Origin: a virus
Lineage: Duplodnaviria > Caudoviricetes
DNA length: 64,000 nucleotides
Direction: 5' to 3' (one strand)
IMG/VR virus record: IMGVR_UViG_3300028833_000142
Coordinates: 11,927 to 75,926 of that record
In this document: one piece after another, positions 1 to 9,755 of the stretch
Layout of the letters: each line of letters begins with the position of its first letter
Position numbering within the stretch: the stretch's first letter is position 1
Notes under the pieces: generated by a model
The model's database searches: none
The model's input: only the letters and a program-made list of their open reading frames with translations
Told to the model about the DNA's origin: nothing
Position numbers and translations under genes: made by a program

Positions 1-1
1 C

Positions 2-1723
2 GCATTAAATTCGGGTGCAACAACTTCAAATATTGGACAAATTACAACAAACCAAAACAATATTGCTGATATTAGAGCGTTAATTCCAGCACAAGCAACC
101 ACGTCAAATCAATTAGCCGATAAGAACTTTGTAAATTCATCTATTGCAACGAATACAGCTAATTTTATAGGAACATTTAATAGTGTTGCAGAACTTGAAG
201 CATATAGCGGAACTTTGACCAATAATGATTATGCCTTTGTTGCCACCACTGATAGTGTAGGAAATACTTTATATGACCGATATAAATATAATGCCGATAG
301 TCAACAATGGATATTCGAATATGAACTAAATAACTCTTCTTTCACTGCTACACAGTTGGAGAGTATTAACTCTGGAATTACAAGTGGTGACGTTACACTT
401 ATAAGAACAGCATTACAACCTAATGACAATATATCTGAGCTTATTAATGATGTAGGTTATATAACAGGGATTACAAGTTCTGATATAACTACGGCTTTAG
501 GGTTTACACCTTATAATTCAACAAATCCAGCAGGCTATATAACAAGCTCTGCATTATCTCCATATGCTAGAACTTCTGATTTAGCAACAGTAGCCACGAG
601 CGGAAGTTACAACGATTTGACGAATAAGCCGACTATTCCTGCTCCACAAGTTAATTCTGATTGGAATGCAACAAGTGGCGTCGCACAGATACTTAATAAA
701 CCAACTCTTGCAACTGTAGCGACAAGTGGCAGTTATAATGATTTGAGTAATAAGCCTACAATTCCAAGTGAAGTAACAGAAAATACTGTTAGTGATTGGG
801 GATTTACTAAAAACACGGGTACAGTAACTTCTGTTAATAATATAAGCCCCGTTAACGGAAATATAACTTTAAATATCCCCGATATAAGTAATCTTGCAAA
901 TAAGGATTTATCTAACCTAACTTCTACAGGTAATAGTAAATTCCAAGCACCTTTAGTTTCTGGTACTAATATTAAGACTATTAATAACACATCGTTACTT
1001 GGTAGCGGGAACATTGATATACAAGGTGGAAGCACTATTACGGTTGACGAAGCATTGTCAACAACTTCAACCAACCCTGTACAAAATAAGGTTATAACTA
1101 ATGCGCTTCCTGACACATCTTCATTATCCTATTATGGCACTTGTGCAACGGTAGCATCTACACAAGCTAAAGTTGTCGACTGCCCTGAATTTACGGAGTT
1201 AAAAGAAGGTGCATCAATTAGGGTTAAATTTACCTACGCACAGTCTTATAATGGTGCGCCGACTTTAAATGTCAATTCTACAGGTGCAATAAGTGTAAAA
1301 TCTATTGGTACGACAAACGCTACGCGTTATTGTTGGCTAGCAGGTGAAGTTGTAGCTTTTACTTATGACGGTACAAACTGGATAATGGAAGATGCAGGAA
1401 TTGCAAGCACAACTTATTATGGGTATACAAAATTATATACAGGGGCAGGGAGTACAAGCACATCAACAGCTTTAACACCTGCAAGTTTGAATAATTTAGC
1501 TCAACTTATGGTTGAACCATATCCAGTTTATTCAGCGTCAGCGACTTATGATGTAGGTGATAGGGTAAGATACGGTTATCAGGCTTGGGAATGTATAACC
1601 GCAATAACGACAGCAGAAGCTTGGGATGCTGAACACTGGAAAGCATTAGACCCGATACAAACACAGATTGATAATATAAATGCGACTATAGGCGACATTG
1701 AAACATTACTAAGTGAGGTATAA
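2..1723 (+). CDS. Tail fibre / receptor-binding protein, 5'-truncated by the window
   Basis: Frame is open from base 2. Repeats LATVATSGSYNDLxNKPTIP (x2) and VSGTNIKTINNTSLLGSGNI are typical of phage fibres. C-terminus YSASATYDVGDRVRY...WDAEHW resembles a CBM5/12 carbohydrate-binding module. Confidence 0.75.
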   Translation, partial: ALNSGATTSNIGQITTNQNNIADIRALIPAQATTSNQLADKNFVNSSIATNTANFIGTFNSVAELEAYSGTLTNNDYAFVATTDSVGNTLYDRYKYNADSQQWIFEYELNNSSFTATQLESINSGITSGDVTLIRTALQPNDNISELINDVGYITGITSSDITTALGFTPYNSTNPAGYITSSALSPYARTSDLATVATSGSYNDLTNKPTIPAPQVNSDWNATSGVAQILNKPTLATVATSGSYNDLSNKPTIPSEVTENTVSDWGFTKNTGTVTSVNNISPVNGNITLNIPDISNLANKDLSNLTSTGNSKFQAPLVSGTNIKTINNTSLLGSGNIDIQGGSTITVDEALSTTSTNPVQNKVITNALPDTSSLSYYGTCATVASTQAKVVDCPEFTELKEGASIRVKFTYAQSYNGAPTLNVNSTGAISVKSIGTTNATRYCWLAGEVVAFTYDGTNWIMEDAGIASTTYYGYTKLYTGAGSTSTSTALTPASLNNLAQLMVEPYPVYSASATYDVGDRVRYGYQAWECITAITTAEAWDAEHWKALDPIQTQIDNINATIGDIETLLSEV

Positions 1724-1725
1724 AA

Positions 1726-3000
1726 ATGACAATAGCTAGTGAAATACAAAGAATAAAAACAAATATTGCAAATGCTTATATCTCTTGCGATAATAAAGGG
1801 GCAACAATGCCTAGTACGCAAAATAGTGCTAATTTAGCTAATTGTGTTAATAGTATACCAACAGGCATTACCCCAACAGGTACAATATCAATTACCAATA
1901 ACGGTGTGTACGATGTTACAAATTATGCAAGTGCAAATGTAAATATTAGTAGTGGTGGTGGCGATACAGTAGGTATAACAAGAGAAGTATCTTCAAATGG
2001 GGTGTTTCAAATGCCTGAAAATGACTTTACTTTTAGTTTGCCTAGTAATGCTACGGATGTGGGTGGCGGTGCAATGTCCTATGCTTTCGCCAGTTGCAGA
2101 AATTTAACAAGCGTAGACTTAAGCAGTCTGACTACAGTGAGTGGTGTTAATGCAATGAACTATGCTTTCTTCGCTTGCACAGGTTTAACAAGCGTAGACT
2201 TAAGCAGTCTGACTACAATAAGTGGTAGTAGTGCAATGAACTATACTTTCTACAATTGCAGAAATTTAACAAGCGTAGACTTAAGCAGTCTGACTACAGT
2301 AAGTGGTAGTCAAGCAATGTACTATGCTTTCTACGCTTGCGCAGGTTTAACAAGCGTAGACTTAAGCAGTCTGACTACAGTAAGTGGTAGTAATACAATG
2401 TACCGTGCTTTCTATAGTTGCACGAGTTTAACAAGCGTAGACTTAAGCAGTCTGACTACAGTGAGTGGTAGTGGCGGTGCAATAGCCTATGCTTTCAGCG
2501 GTTGTACAGGTTTAACAAGCGTAGACTTAAGCAGTCTGACTACAGTGAGTGGTAATGGTGCAATGAACTATACTTTCCAAAATTGCACAGGTTTAACAAG
2601 CGTATTATTCACTAATCTTGAAATAATCGGAGCAAATAGTTGGTTAGTTGACTACGGACATTTTACACAATGTTTCTATAATTGTAATAATCTAACTTCT
2701 ATAACATTCCCTAAGCTTGAAAAAATCTATTGCACAGGTGGAACGTCAACAAGTTACGGTACTTTTGCAAATAATAATAAAGTGCAAAAAATGTATTTTC
2801 CCAAACTTGACACAATTACTTACGGTAACGGTGCAAATACATCAAATCAGAACGCTTGCAAAAATGTATTCTATGGCTGTTCAGCTCTAACAGAACTACA
2901 TTTTGGGGCAGCAAATCAAGCTGCTATTGAAGCGAGTCCTGGTTATTCAACTGCTTGGGGTAGGGGTGCAGGCGATGTAACAATTTACTTTGATTTATAA
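1726..3000 (+). CDS. BspA-type leucine-rich-repeat protein, probable tail adhesin
   Basis: 27-aa repeats AFxxCxxLTSVDLSSLTTVSG. N-terminus MTIASEIQRIKTNIANAY is typical of phage fibre-associated LRR proteins. Confidence 0.8.
   Translation: MTIASEIQRIKTNIANAYISCDNKGATMPSTQNSANLANCVNSIPTGITPTGTISITNNGVYDVTNYASANVNISSGGGDTVGITREVSSNGVFQMPENDFTFSLPSNATDVGGGAMSYAFASCRNLTSVDLSSLTTVSGVNAMNYAFFACTGLTSVDLSSLTTISGSSAMNYTFYNCRNLTSVDLSSLTTVSGSQAMYYAFYACAGLTSVDLSSLTTVSGSNTMYRAFYSCTSLTSVDLSSLTTVSGSGGAIAYAFSGCTGLTSVDLSSLTTVSGNGAMNYTFQNCTGLTSVLFTNLEIIGANSWLVDYGHFTQCFYNCNNLTSITFPKLEKIYCTGGTSTSYGTFANNNKVQKMYFPKLDTITYGNGANTSNQNACKNVFYGCSALTELHFGAANQAAIEASPGYSTAWGRGAGDVTIYFDL
2104..2603 (+). repeat. In-frame tandem repeat, 81-nt unit, 6 full copies plus 1 partial
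   Basis: Identical 33-mer TTAACAAGCGTAGACTTAAGCAGTCTGACTACA at 2104, 2185, 2266, 2347, 2428 and 2512; partial copy at 2593. Confidence 0.95.
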
Positions 3001-3011
3001 GGAGAAAATTT

Positions 3012-3371
3012 ATGATAACAACAACATTAACAAAATTAACAGCAAGTACAGGAATGGTACTAACAAACGGCAAAAACTTTACTCATTCAGTATTACTAAG
3101 AGAAGATGAAAGTCCTGAAGATTGGTCTGAAATTACAGAAGAATATTTTAGAAAACTTCAAGCACAAATGACTCCTAGAGAATTTTTGCTTGCTTTAATT
3201 AACAAAGGTAAAACAAGAGAACAAATTGAAGCAATTATAAATTCTGATGATAAAATTTGGGCAGAATTAACAGGCGCAACAGCAATTATACGTGCTAATC
3301 CATTACTTGATTTGTTGTGTAGCAAATTAGATTTAACACCTAATGATTTAGATAAAATGTTTGGATTATAA
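3012..3371 (+). CDS. Tail-fibre-associated / assembly-like small protein
   Basis: GGAG RBS; directly follows the adhesin; LTASTGMVLTNG and WSEIT motifs are common in such proteins. Confidence 0.5.
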   Translation: MITTTLTKLTASTGMVLTNGKNFTHSVLLREDESPEDWSEITEEYFRKLQAQMTPREFLLALINKGKTREQIEAIINSDDKIWAELTGATAIIRANPLLDLLCSKLDLTPNDLDKMFGL

Positions 3372-3525
3372 ATAAAGCTTGAATAACTTTATTAAATTCT
3401 AAGATAGGGGGAAAAGAAGGCTTTGAATTGCCACAAGATAATTTACTTAACTAGGTAAAATCAAAATTTATTTATTTTTTTAATGATAAAAAAGGTAGAT
3501 TATTTATTATAACAAGGAGTTTAAA

Positions 3526-3885
3526 ATGAGGGTAGAAAAGACAAATAACGCTTCTTTTTGTGGTTATAACTTTAAATTAAAAAAAATGTACCGACAAGGT
3601 AAACTTCCTAAGAATTTAATAGATATGGGTGGTAATAAAATTACACAACGAAATTTATCTGGAGACCACGGTATACCTCGCTCTTTAGGTGGTAAAAATA
3701 CAGATGATAATATGATACTTGCGACAAAACAATTTAACTCTTTAAGAGGTAATAGACCATTAAAAGAAGTTGTTACATTAGATAATTTAATAAAATGGGC
3801 AAATCAATATTTAAAATTAGGTACAATTGATGGTTTTGATTTTGTAAAATATGTACAAAATATATTTAAAATATTTGAGAAATAA
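3526..3885 (+). CDS. HNH-motif protein
   Basis: GDHGIPRSLGGKNTDDNMILATKQFNSLRGN matches the HNH pattern; AAGGAG RBS. Confidence 0.7.
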   Translation: MRVEKTNNASFCGYNFKLKKMYRQGKLPKNLIDMGGNKITQRNLSGDHGIPRSLGGKNTDDNMILATKQFNSLRGNRPLKEVVTLDNLIKWANQYLKLGTIDGFDFVKYVQNIFKIFEK

Positions 3886-3929
3886 CGCTAAGATAGATAT
3901 GTAAAAATTTAAAAACAGGGATATATAAA

Positions 3930-6242
3930 ATGTCAGAAAAAATAATTTTAGTACGAGGCGATGATACAGATTTTAATTACCAAGTCTTATTGGTGTTAAA
4001 TTTTATAAGCACTTTAAACCTAGAAGGTTATAAAACAAGATTAACTATTGAAAACCCTACAAATGTAATAAAAACTTATGAAATCTTTAATAATAATTGC
4101 GAAGTTAATTTTGATAAAAGTATAACTTCTACTTTAGAAGTTGGCGAACATAGATGTACCGTCAAATTACTAAATTCTTTAAATCAAATCAAAACCATAT
4201 ATAATTTTGACATTTTAGTACAAGACGAATTCGATATTTCAACTAAATTTATCAACGAATATACTGTCGATATAAAAATTGATGATGGTATCAATAAATA
4301 TAAAAATTACAACGAACTATTTAATAAACCGTTAATAAATGACGTTGAATTGGTCGGTAATAAAAGTTTTGAAGATTTAGGTATCACAGAATATACAGAA
4401 AATACTATTGATAGTAAAATAGAAGAACATAATATAAATGCAAATTCACATCAAGATATAAGACAAGAGTTAAACAATAAACAAGATACTTTAATTGCTG
4501 GCTCTAACATCACTATTATAGACGGTATTATATCGTCATTAGGTGCACAAGGTGGTGTAACAACAGACTATAAAGAATTAGGTAATAAACCTAAGATTAA
4601 TAATGTAACATTAGTTGATAATGTTTCTTTAGAAGATTTAGGTGTTCAACCAGTTGGTGAATATATAACTGAGGAAGTATTAGATAATAAAGGATATTTG
4701 ACTGCTGTGCCTACTGGATATGTAACAGAAGAAGAATTAAATTCATATAATTTCTTAACAGAAGTTCCAGAAGATTATTATACAAATACTCAAAATGAAG
4801 GAATATATGCTAAAAAAGAAGAATTAAATAATAAACAGAATATTTTAACCGCTGGGGATAATATAACAATAGAAACTGTAGATGAAAACACAGTTATATC
4901 TGCAAATATACCAGAACAATACATAACAGAAAATGAATTATTAGAAAGAAATTATATCAATTCAGATTATTTAACAACCCAATTAAACAAAAAACAAAAT
5001 TTAATGAGGGCTGGTAATAATATTAGATTTTATCAAAATGCAGATGGTTCTTATACAATATCCGCGGTAGATGGGCAAAGTTCACCGTCTATAGCTTCGT
5101 ATAATGCTTTAAGTAATAAACCGCAGATAGGCGGTATAGAACTTATAGGAAATAAAAGTCTTTCACAATTAGGAATACAACCCGCTGGTGAATATTCACC
5201 TATTTTAACTGCTGGTGATAATATAACCATAGAACAATCTAATGGTGAAACAGTTATATCTGCTATTATACCAGAAGATATATGTACTGATGCTGAATTA
5301 GAAGCTGGATTATCAACAAAAGCAAATAAAGCTACAACTTTATCTGGTTATAATATAGAAAATGCATATACTAAGACAGAAATAGATGAATTTTTTGATA
5401 TTTATTTAGATAATAAAATTTCAGACATAGTTAAAAGTGCACCAAACCAAATAATAAGATATACAGAAAAAACTATAACATTACAGTCTGACACTGAAAT
5501 ATCGTTCGCTAATGGATTAAATATAGACAATGCATTGAAAAGTTTAAGTGTCTTAAATGAAAATGATTTGATATTAGACCTTAGCAATACTCCATTTAAT
5601 GATGAATATAAAGATTTTTATATAATAGCAATTTATGAAAATGATATATTGTCTTTAAAGGTTATACCTTGTAATAAATTTACAATGTTTAATGGAGAGG
5701 TTATACCTTTAACCTTAAAGGGGTATGTAAAACATGTTTACCAAAATAAATACTATGAAATGGTAGAAAATAATGGTATTAACACACCTATACCTAAAAT
5801 TATTAAAATATTAGGTAAAGGAACTGCTGTAGCAGATGAAAATATGATATTTAAAATAACATCTGTTACACCTTGTGGGGTAAATAGATTAGCCACAGAA
5901 GACGAAGTTTTACGCTTCCAAGAGTATATAGGCACAAATTATCAACGCAATTTAACTTTTGGAGATAATTTTAATGTAGAAAATAATGTCGTAAATTATC
6001 AAATACCTTCTAACTATATTAGTGTTGATTATTTGGTTGAAAATGATTATGTAACTCAAACAAATATAAATGACGCTGTACGTATACATAATACGAATGG
6101 AACATCTCATGAAGATATAAGACAACTTATACAAAATACGAGAGATAATTATATCGCAAAAACACAATTTAACCAATTAGCAAATAGAGTTAGTATTTTA
6201 GAAAATAAAGTTGACGAAATTTTAAACAGATTGGGTGAATAA
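3930..6242 (+). CDS. Tail / baseplate-associated fibre-like structural protein
   Basis: Three YxxLxNKPxIxxVxLxxNxSxxxLG repeats and several LxAGxNITI repeats; tail-module context. Confidence 0.6.
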   Translation: MSEKIILVRGDDTDFNYQVLLVLNFISTLNLEGYKTRLTIENPTNVIKTYEIFNNNCEVNFDKSITSTLEVGEHRCTVKLLNSLNQIKTIYNFDILVQDEFDISTKFINEYTVDIKIDDGINKYKNYNELFNKPLINDVELVGNKSFEDLGITEYTENTIDSKIEEHNINANSHQDIRQELNNKQDTLIAGSNITIIDGIISSLGAQGGVTTDYKELGNKPKINNVTLVDNVSLEDLGVQPVGEYITEEVLDNKGYLTAVPTGYVTEEELNSYNFLTEVPEDYYTNTQNEGIYAKKEELNNKQNILTAGDNITIETVDENTVISANIPEQYITENELLERNYINSDYLTTQLNKKQNLMRAGNNIRFYQNADGSYTISAVDGQSSPSIASYNALSNKPQIGGIELIGNKSLSQLGIQPAGEYSPILTAGDNITIEQSNGETVISAIIPEDICTDAELEAGLSTKANKATTLSGYNIENAYTKTEIDEFFDIYLDNKISDIVKSAPNQIIRYTEKTITLQSDTEISFANGLNIDNALKSLSVLNENDLILDLSNTPFNDEYKDFYIIAIYENDILSLKVIPCNKFTMFNGEVIPLTLKGYVKHVYQNKYYEMVENNGINTPIPKIIKILGKGTAVADENMIFKITSVTPCGVNRLATEDEVLRFQEYIGTNYQRNLTFGDNFNVENNVVNYQIPSNYISVDYLVENDYVTQTNINDAVRIHNTNGTSHEDIRQLIQNTRDNYIAKTQFNQLANRVSILENKVDEILNRLGE

Positions 6243-6243
6243 A

Positions 6244-6330
6244 ATGAATAAAATATTATCTACTATTATTATTTTAATGTTAACTTGTTTGCCATGTTCT
6301 GCTAGTTCGGAGGGTGTGAGTTATATCTAA
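6244..6330 (+). CDS. 28-aa signal-peptide-like ORF
   Basis: MNKILSTIIILMLTCLPCSASSEGVSYI; ATG lies 1 nt after the upstream stop codon. Confidence 0.35.
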   Translation: MNKILSTIIILMLTCLPCSASSEGVSYI

Positions 6331-6485
6331 AATTAAATTTTTAGGTAAAATTAGTAAATATATTGTCTTTTATAAAAATGATATTTGTGAATTTATATTA
6401 TATCCTAATATAGATATTGAAGAACAAGAAATAAATGGCTTTAACTTTAAGTTTGTTTATAAAATAAAAACGAAGGGAGAGAAAC

Positions 6486-6779
6486 ATGAATTTTCTAAAA
6501 AAAATGTTCGTATTCTTAAAGGACTCTAGTATATTAGTAGATGTTAAAACAGCATTATTACCTATAATACAAGACGATTTAAAAGAATTAAAACCTAAAA
6601 TTTTAATATATATAAATGATAAAACACCATGTGCTAAAGAAAAACTTATAGATTTTATATTATTAAAAGTTAAATTACCTTGGTATTTAAGACCATTTAA
6701 AGGTAAAGTAAAAAATATATTAAATAAAAATTTTGATAAAGTTTTAGATTTTGTTTTACAAGTTATAGGGTTAAAATAA
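6486..6779 (+). CDS. Hypothetical protein
   Basis: GGGAG RBS; stop overlaps the next start. Confidence 0.65.
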   Translation: MNFLKKMFVFLKDSSILVDVKTALLPIIQDDLKELKPKILIYINDKTPCAKEKLIDFILLKVKLPWYLRPFKGKVKNILNKNFDKVLDFVLQVIGLK

Positions 6780-7330
6780 TGGCTATTATATATGATAAAG
6801 AATTTTTTAGAATGATGTTAAGAACCGATTTAGAAAAATGGATTAAAGATAATTATGATAATCTTATCGGCAGTACAATATTTACCAAAAATAATAGTTT
6901 AACCTCTAAAATTGTATCTTGGGCACAAAAAATACATGATAAATCTAAAGATAATTTTATACCTTCACATACAGCTTCAATAGTAGAAAAAGATGGTGAA
7001 CTTTATCTTTTTGATATGAAACCACCCAAAGCAAGTATACAGCCACTATTCAAATACCTATATACTTCAAAAGATGAATTTGTATTGGTTTTAAGAAACT
7101 ACCCACTTGATACATTTATGTTTAGTAAGAATCTTTTATATCATGTTGGTGAATTATACCCATATTTAAGTGCAATTAGGTCTGTATTTACAAAACGTCA
7201 AACAAAATGGGTAAACCACTGTTCAGAAATATTTGCACGTGAATTAGATAGACAAGGTTTTAAATTCCCAAAAGGGTTTAATTTAGAGTGTACCCCTAAT
7301 GAATTATTAAATGTTTTAAAAGATATATAG
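6779..7330 (+). CDS. Permuted papain-like amidase (YiiX/YebB-type NlpC/P60)
   Basis: His precedes Cys: PSHTASIV...NHCSE. Confidence 0.7.
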   Translation: MAIIYDKEFFRMMLRTDLEKWIKDNYDNLIGSTIFTKNNSLTSKIVSWAQKIHDKSKDNFIPSHTASIVEKDGELYLFDMKPPKASIQPLFKYLYTSKDEFVLVLRNYPLDTFMFSKNLLYHVGELYPYLSAIRSVFTKRQTKWVNHCSEIFARELDRQGFKFPKGFNLECTPNELLNVLKDI

Positions 7331-7334
7331 TGAA

Positions 7335-7357
7335 AAGAGCCAGTTTATCTGGCTCTT
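7335..7357. terminator. Bidirectional intrinsic terminator
   Basis: AAGAGCCAG-tttat-CTGGCTCTT between convergent genes. Confidence 0.75.
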
Positions 7358-7379
7358 GTTGCAAATGAAGGGAGACATT

Positions 7380-8441
7380 TTATAAACTTAACAATTCATA
7401 ATCTTCTTCTATATCATCTTTTGGTAAATCTTCGTCTTTTCTTATTGCCCAATACCATTGTAAAACTTTATCTATTGTTTTCCCTTCTTTTTTTACTAAT
7501 TCTTGTGGAATATCAAACTTTTTATAGTCGCCAGATATTAAATGTAGTTGTATAATATTGAAATTTGGTAGATTATCACTATATAGATGCGTCATACCGC
7601 TATTTTGTAATAGTTTATAATATATATAAAGCTGTCTAGCGTATGGTGCTAATTGAGATTTAGTTTTAAACTTGGGTTTACCAGTGTTTTTGTCTAATGA
7701 CGAGGTTGTTTTATAGTCCCAAATAGAAAACTTGTTATCGTAATAACAAACCAAATCTATTGAACCCTGTATAAATTTATCCATTGATATAAAAATCTCT
7801 GAATAAACAAGGTCTGTAAAAATAAGCTCTCTTTTTATAAAATCGGGTAGACACTTTAAGGCAAAATCTAAATAAAAATCTTTAGTTTCTTGTATGTCTG
7901 GTATTTTACGTAATATTTCACTGTCATTAAATGACTCTTCTGCATATTTTTTAATATCGTTTATAATCTTATTTTCTATTTGCTGTTGTATTTTTAAAGA
8001 AGGTTTTTTACTTTTTTGTAAAATCTTTAATTGTTCAATAATTGGTTTATCTTTTTTTCTACCTTCTTTATCACATATATAATGTTCTAATATACTATGA
8101 ACAATTGTACCCTTATTTAAAGTCTCTTCTTTATTATTATCTTGTTCTAACAATGGTGTGTCATTTTTCCACCTTATTAAAAACTTATCCTTATATAAAT
8201 CAATTGGAAATAAAGAATAAGCTATTTTGGTGGAGCTTGGAAGGTCCTCATTATATTCTTCGCCTCTACCTTTTGATGTAAACTTATTTTCAAGAATTTC
8301 TTTTATTTTTTTACGATTCTTAATAACTTCATATTTAAAATCTGTTTGACAAAAATTTCTTAATTCTAAAAAATCGTTAACATCTTTTTCGTAAATTGTG
8401 TTGTATTCATCTGTTAATTTATTGTGTATTAAAACAAACAT
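7380..8441 (-). CDS. PD-(D/E)XK exonuclease (AddB/Cas4-like superfamily)
   Basis: KGTIVHSILE, SE, GSIDLV, WDYKT and QLxxY motifs. Confidence 0.8.
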   Translation of the reverse strand: MFVLIHNKLTDEYNTIYEKDVNDFLELRNFCQTDFKYEVIKNRKKIKEILENKFTSKGRGEEYNEDLPSSTKIAYSLFPIDLYKDKFLIRWKNDTPLLEQDNNKEETLNKGTIVHSILEHYICDKEGRKKDKPIIEQLKILQKSKKPSLKIQQQIENKIINDIKKYAEESFNDSEILRKIPDIQETKDFYLDFALKCLPDFIKRELIFTDLVYSEIFISMDKFIQGSIDLVCYYDNKFSIWDYKTTSSLDKNTGKPKFKTKSQLAPYARQLYIYYKLLQNSGMTHLYSDNLPNFNIIQLHLISGDYKKFDIPQELVKKEGKTIDKVLQWYWAIRKDEDLPKDDIEEDYELLSL

Positions 8442-8609
8442 ACAAAATCCTAACCATTATATCCATAATTATATCACACTTATATACTTTTGTCAAGTGT
8501 TTAAGTTACACTTTATACTAAAATGATTAAAATCCTTATATATCAATGGTTTACAAAACATATTGACAAATAGTTGTTCACGTGATATAATTAACCATGA
8601 GGTTAACCA

Positions 8610-8845
8610 AGAGGTATACCTTTAAGGTATATAATAAGGTATACCTATAGGTATACTTAAAGGTATAATAATAGGTATAATAATAGGTATAATACTTATA
8701 TACCTCTAATATAATACTTAATATACCTTAAAGGTATACTTATTATAAGGTATACTAATATTTTTATACCATTGTTTTAACAATAGTATACTAATATTGG
8801 TGTACTGTTATTGTAATAACATTATACTTTATAGGTATACTAATA
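8610..8845. repeat. AGGTATA/TATACCT iteron-like array, candidate replication origin
   Basis: AGGTATA at 8612, 8625, 8637, 8649, 8661, 8673, 8685, 8732, 8748 and 8833, plus reverse copies. Non-coding, very AT-rich, between divergent promoters. Confidence 0.7.
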
Positions 8846-9024
8846 TTAAGTAAACCAATATTATATTACTGAAATTAAATAATTTCATATAAAATAATGG
8901 TATAATTAAAGTAAAATATATTTGTTTTTTTTCTTCTTTTTAAAAGAATAAACCTCTTAATAAACTTGACAAATATACCTTTAGGTGCTAAAATAAATAT
9001 AGCAATAGAAAGGTTTACTACTTT

Positions 9025-9612
9025 ATGATAAAAGCAATAATTGGACCTATGTTTGGTTCAAAATCTTCAAGATTAATTGATATAGCATTAGATTTAGAGA
9101 AAGAGGGTAAAAAATTTAAAGTTTTCTTTCCAGCATCTTGTAATAAATTAGATGGATATATCTATTCGAGAGAAAACGATAAAAAAATTAAAGCTATAAA
9201 AGTATTTGACATAAGTGATTTATACAACAATGTTAATGACTGTGAAATAATACTTTTGGATGAATTTACTTTTATGTGTACATCTCAATATATAGATGAA
9301 TTTATGGCTTTTTTAGACGCTATGGATGAAAGAAATATTGATGTAATACTTGCAGGTTTACAATTGGATTATATGGGTAAATCTTTTGATTTAACTGAAA
9401 GAGTGTTACCTTATTGTGATGAAATCGTAACTACATCTGCTATTTGTGAACATTGTGGCAAACCAGCAAGTAGACAAATACGTAAAATTGATGGTGTAAT
9501 AGATACAGTGGAAAATACACCTACTTTAATAATGGAAAATGAAAATGTAGTGTATATTCCTTTATGTAGGTCTTGTTTTAGAAAATTAACTGGGTTAACT
9601 GCTATCAAGTAG
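9025..9612 (+). CDS. tdk: Thymidine kinase
   Basis: GPMFGSKS P-loop, LLDEF, GLQLDY, CEHC and PLCRSC zinc sites. Confidence 0.93.
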   Translation: MIKAIIGPMFGSKSSRLIDIALDLEKEGKKFKVFFPASCNKLDGYIYSRENDKKIKAIKVFDISDLYNNVNDCEIILLDEFTFMCTSQYIDEFMAFLDAMDERNIDVILAGLQLDYMGKSFDLTERVLPYCDEIVTTSAICEHCGKPASRQIRKIDGVIDTVENTPTLIMENENVVYIPLCRSCFRKLTGLTAIK

Positions 9613-9755
9613 TTAATTTTAACGTCTTATATTTTTAGATTTCTAAAATTAGGTCTTGAAACCCTTGGTATATAAGGGTCAAATTAACGACTTTAAACTA
9701 ACTTGACATTTTAAAATTTATATGTTAATATGATTTTGTCAAGGAGAGGTATAGA

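Noticed and set aside
2104-2603. Constant-repeat / variable-spacer pattern resembling a CRISPR array
   Set aside because: The units are in-frame codons of an LRR protein, the spacers are homologous to each other, and there are no cas genes.
7380-8441. Cas4 annotation for the PD-(D/E)XK nuclease
   Set aside because: No four-cysteine Fe-S motif and no CRISPR context; a generic phage exonuclease fits better.
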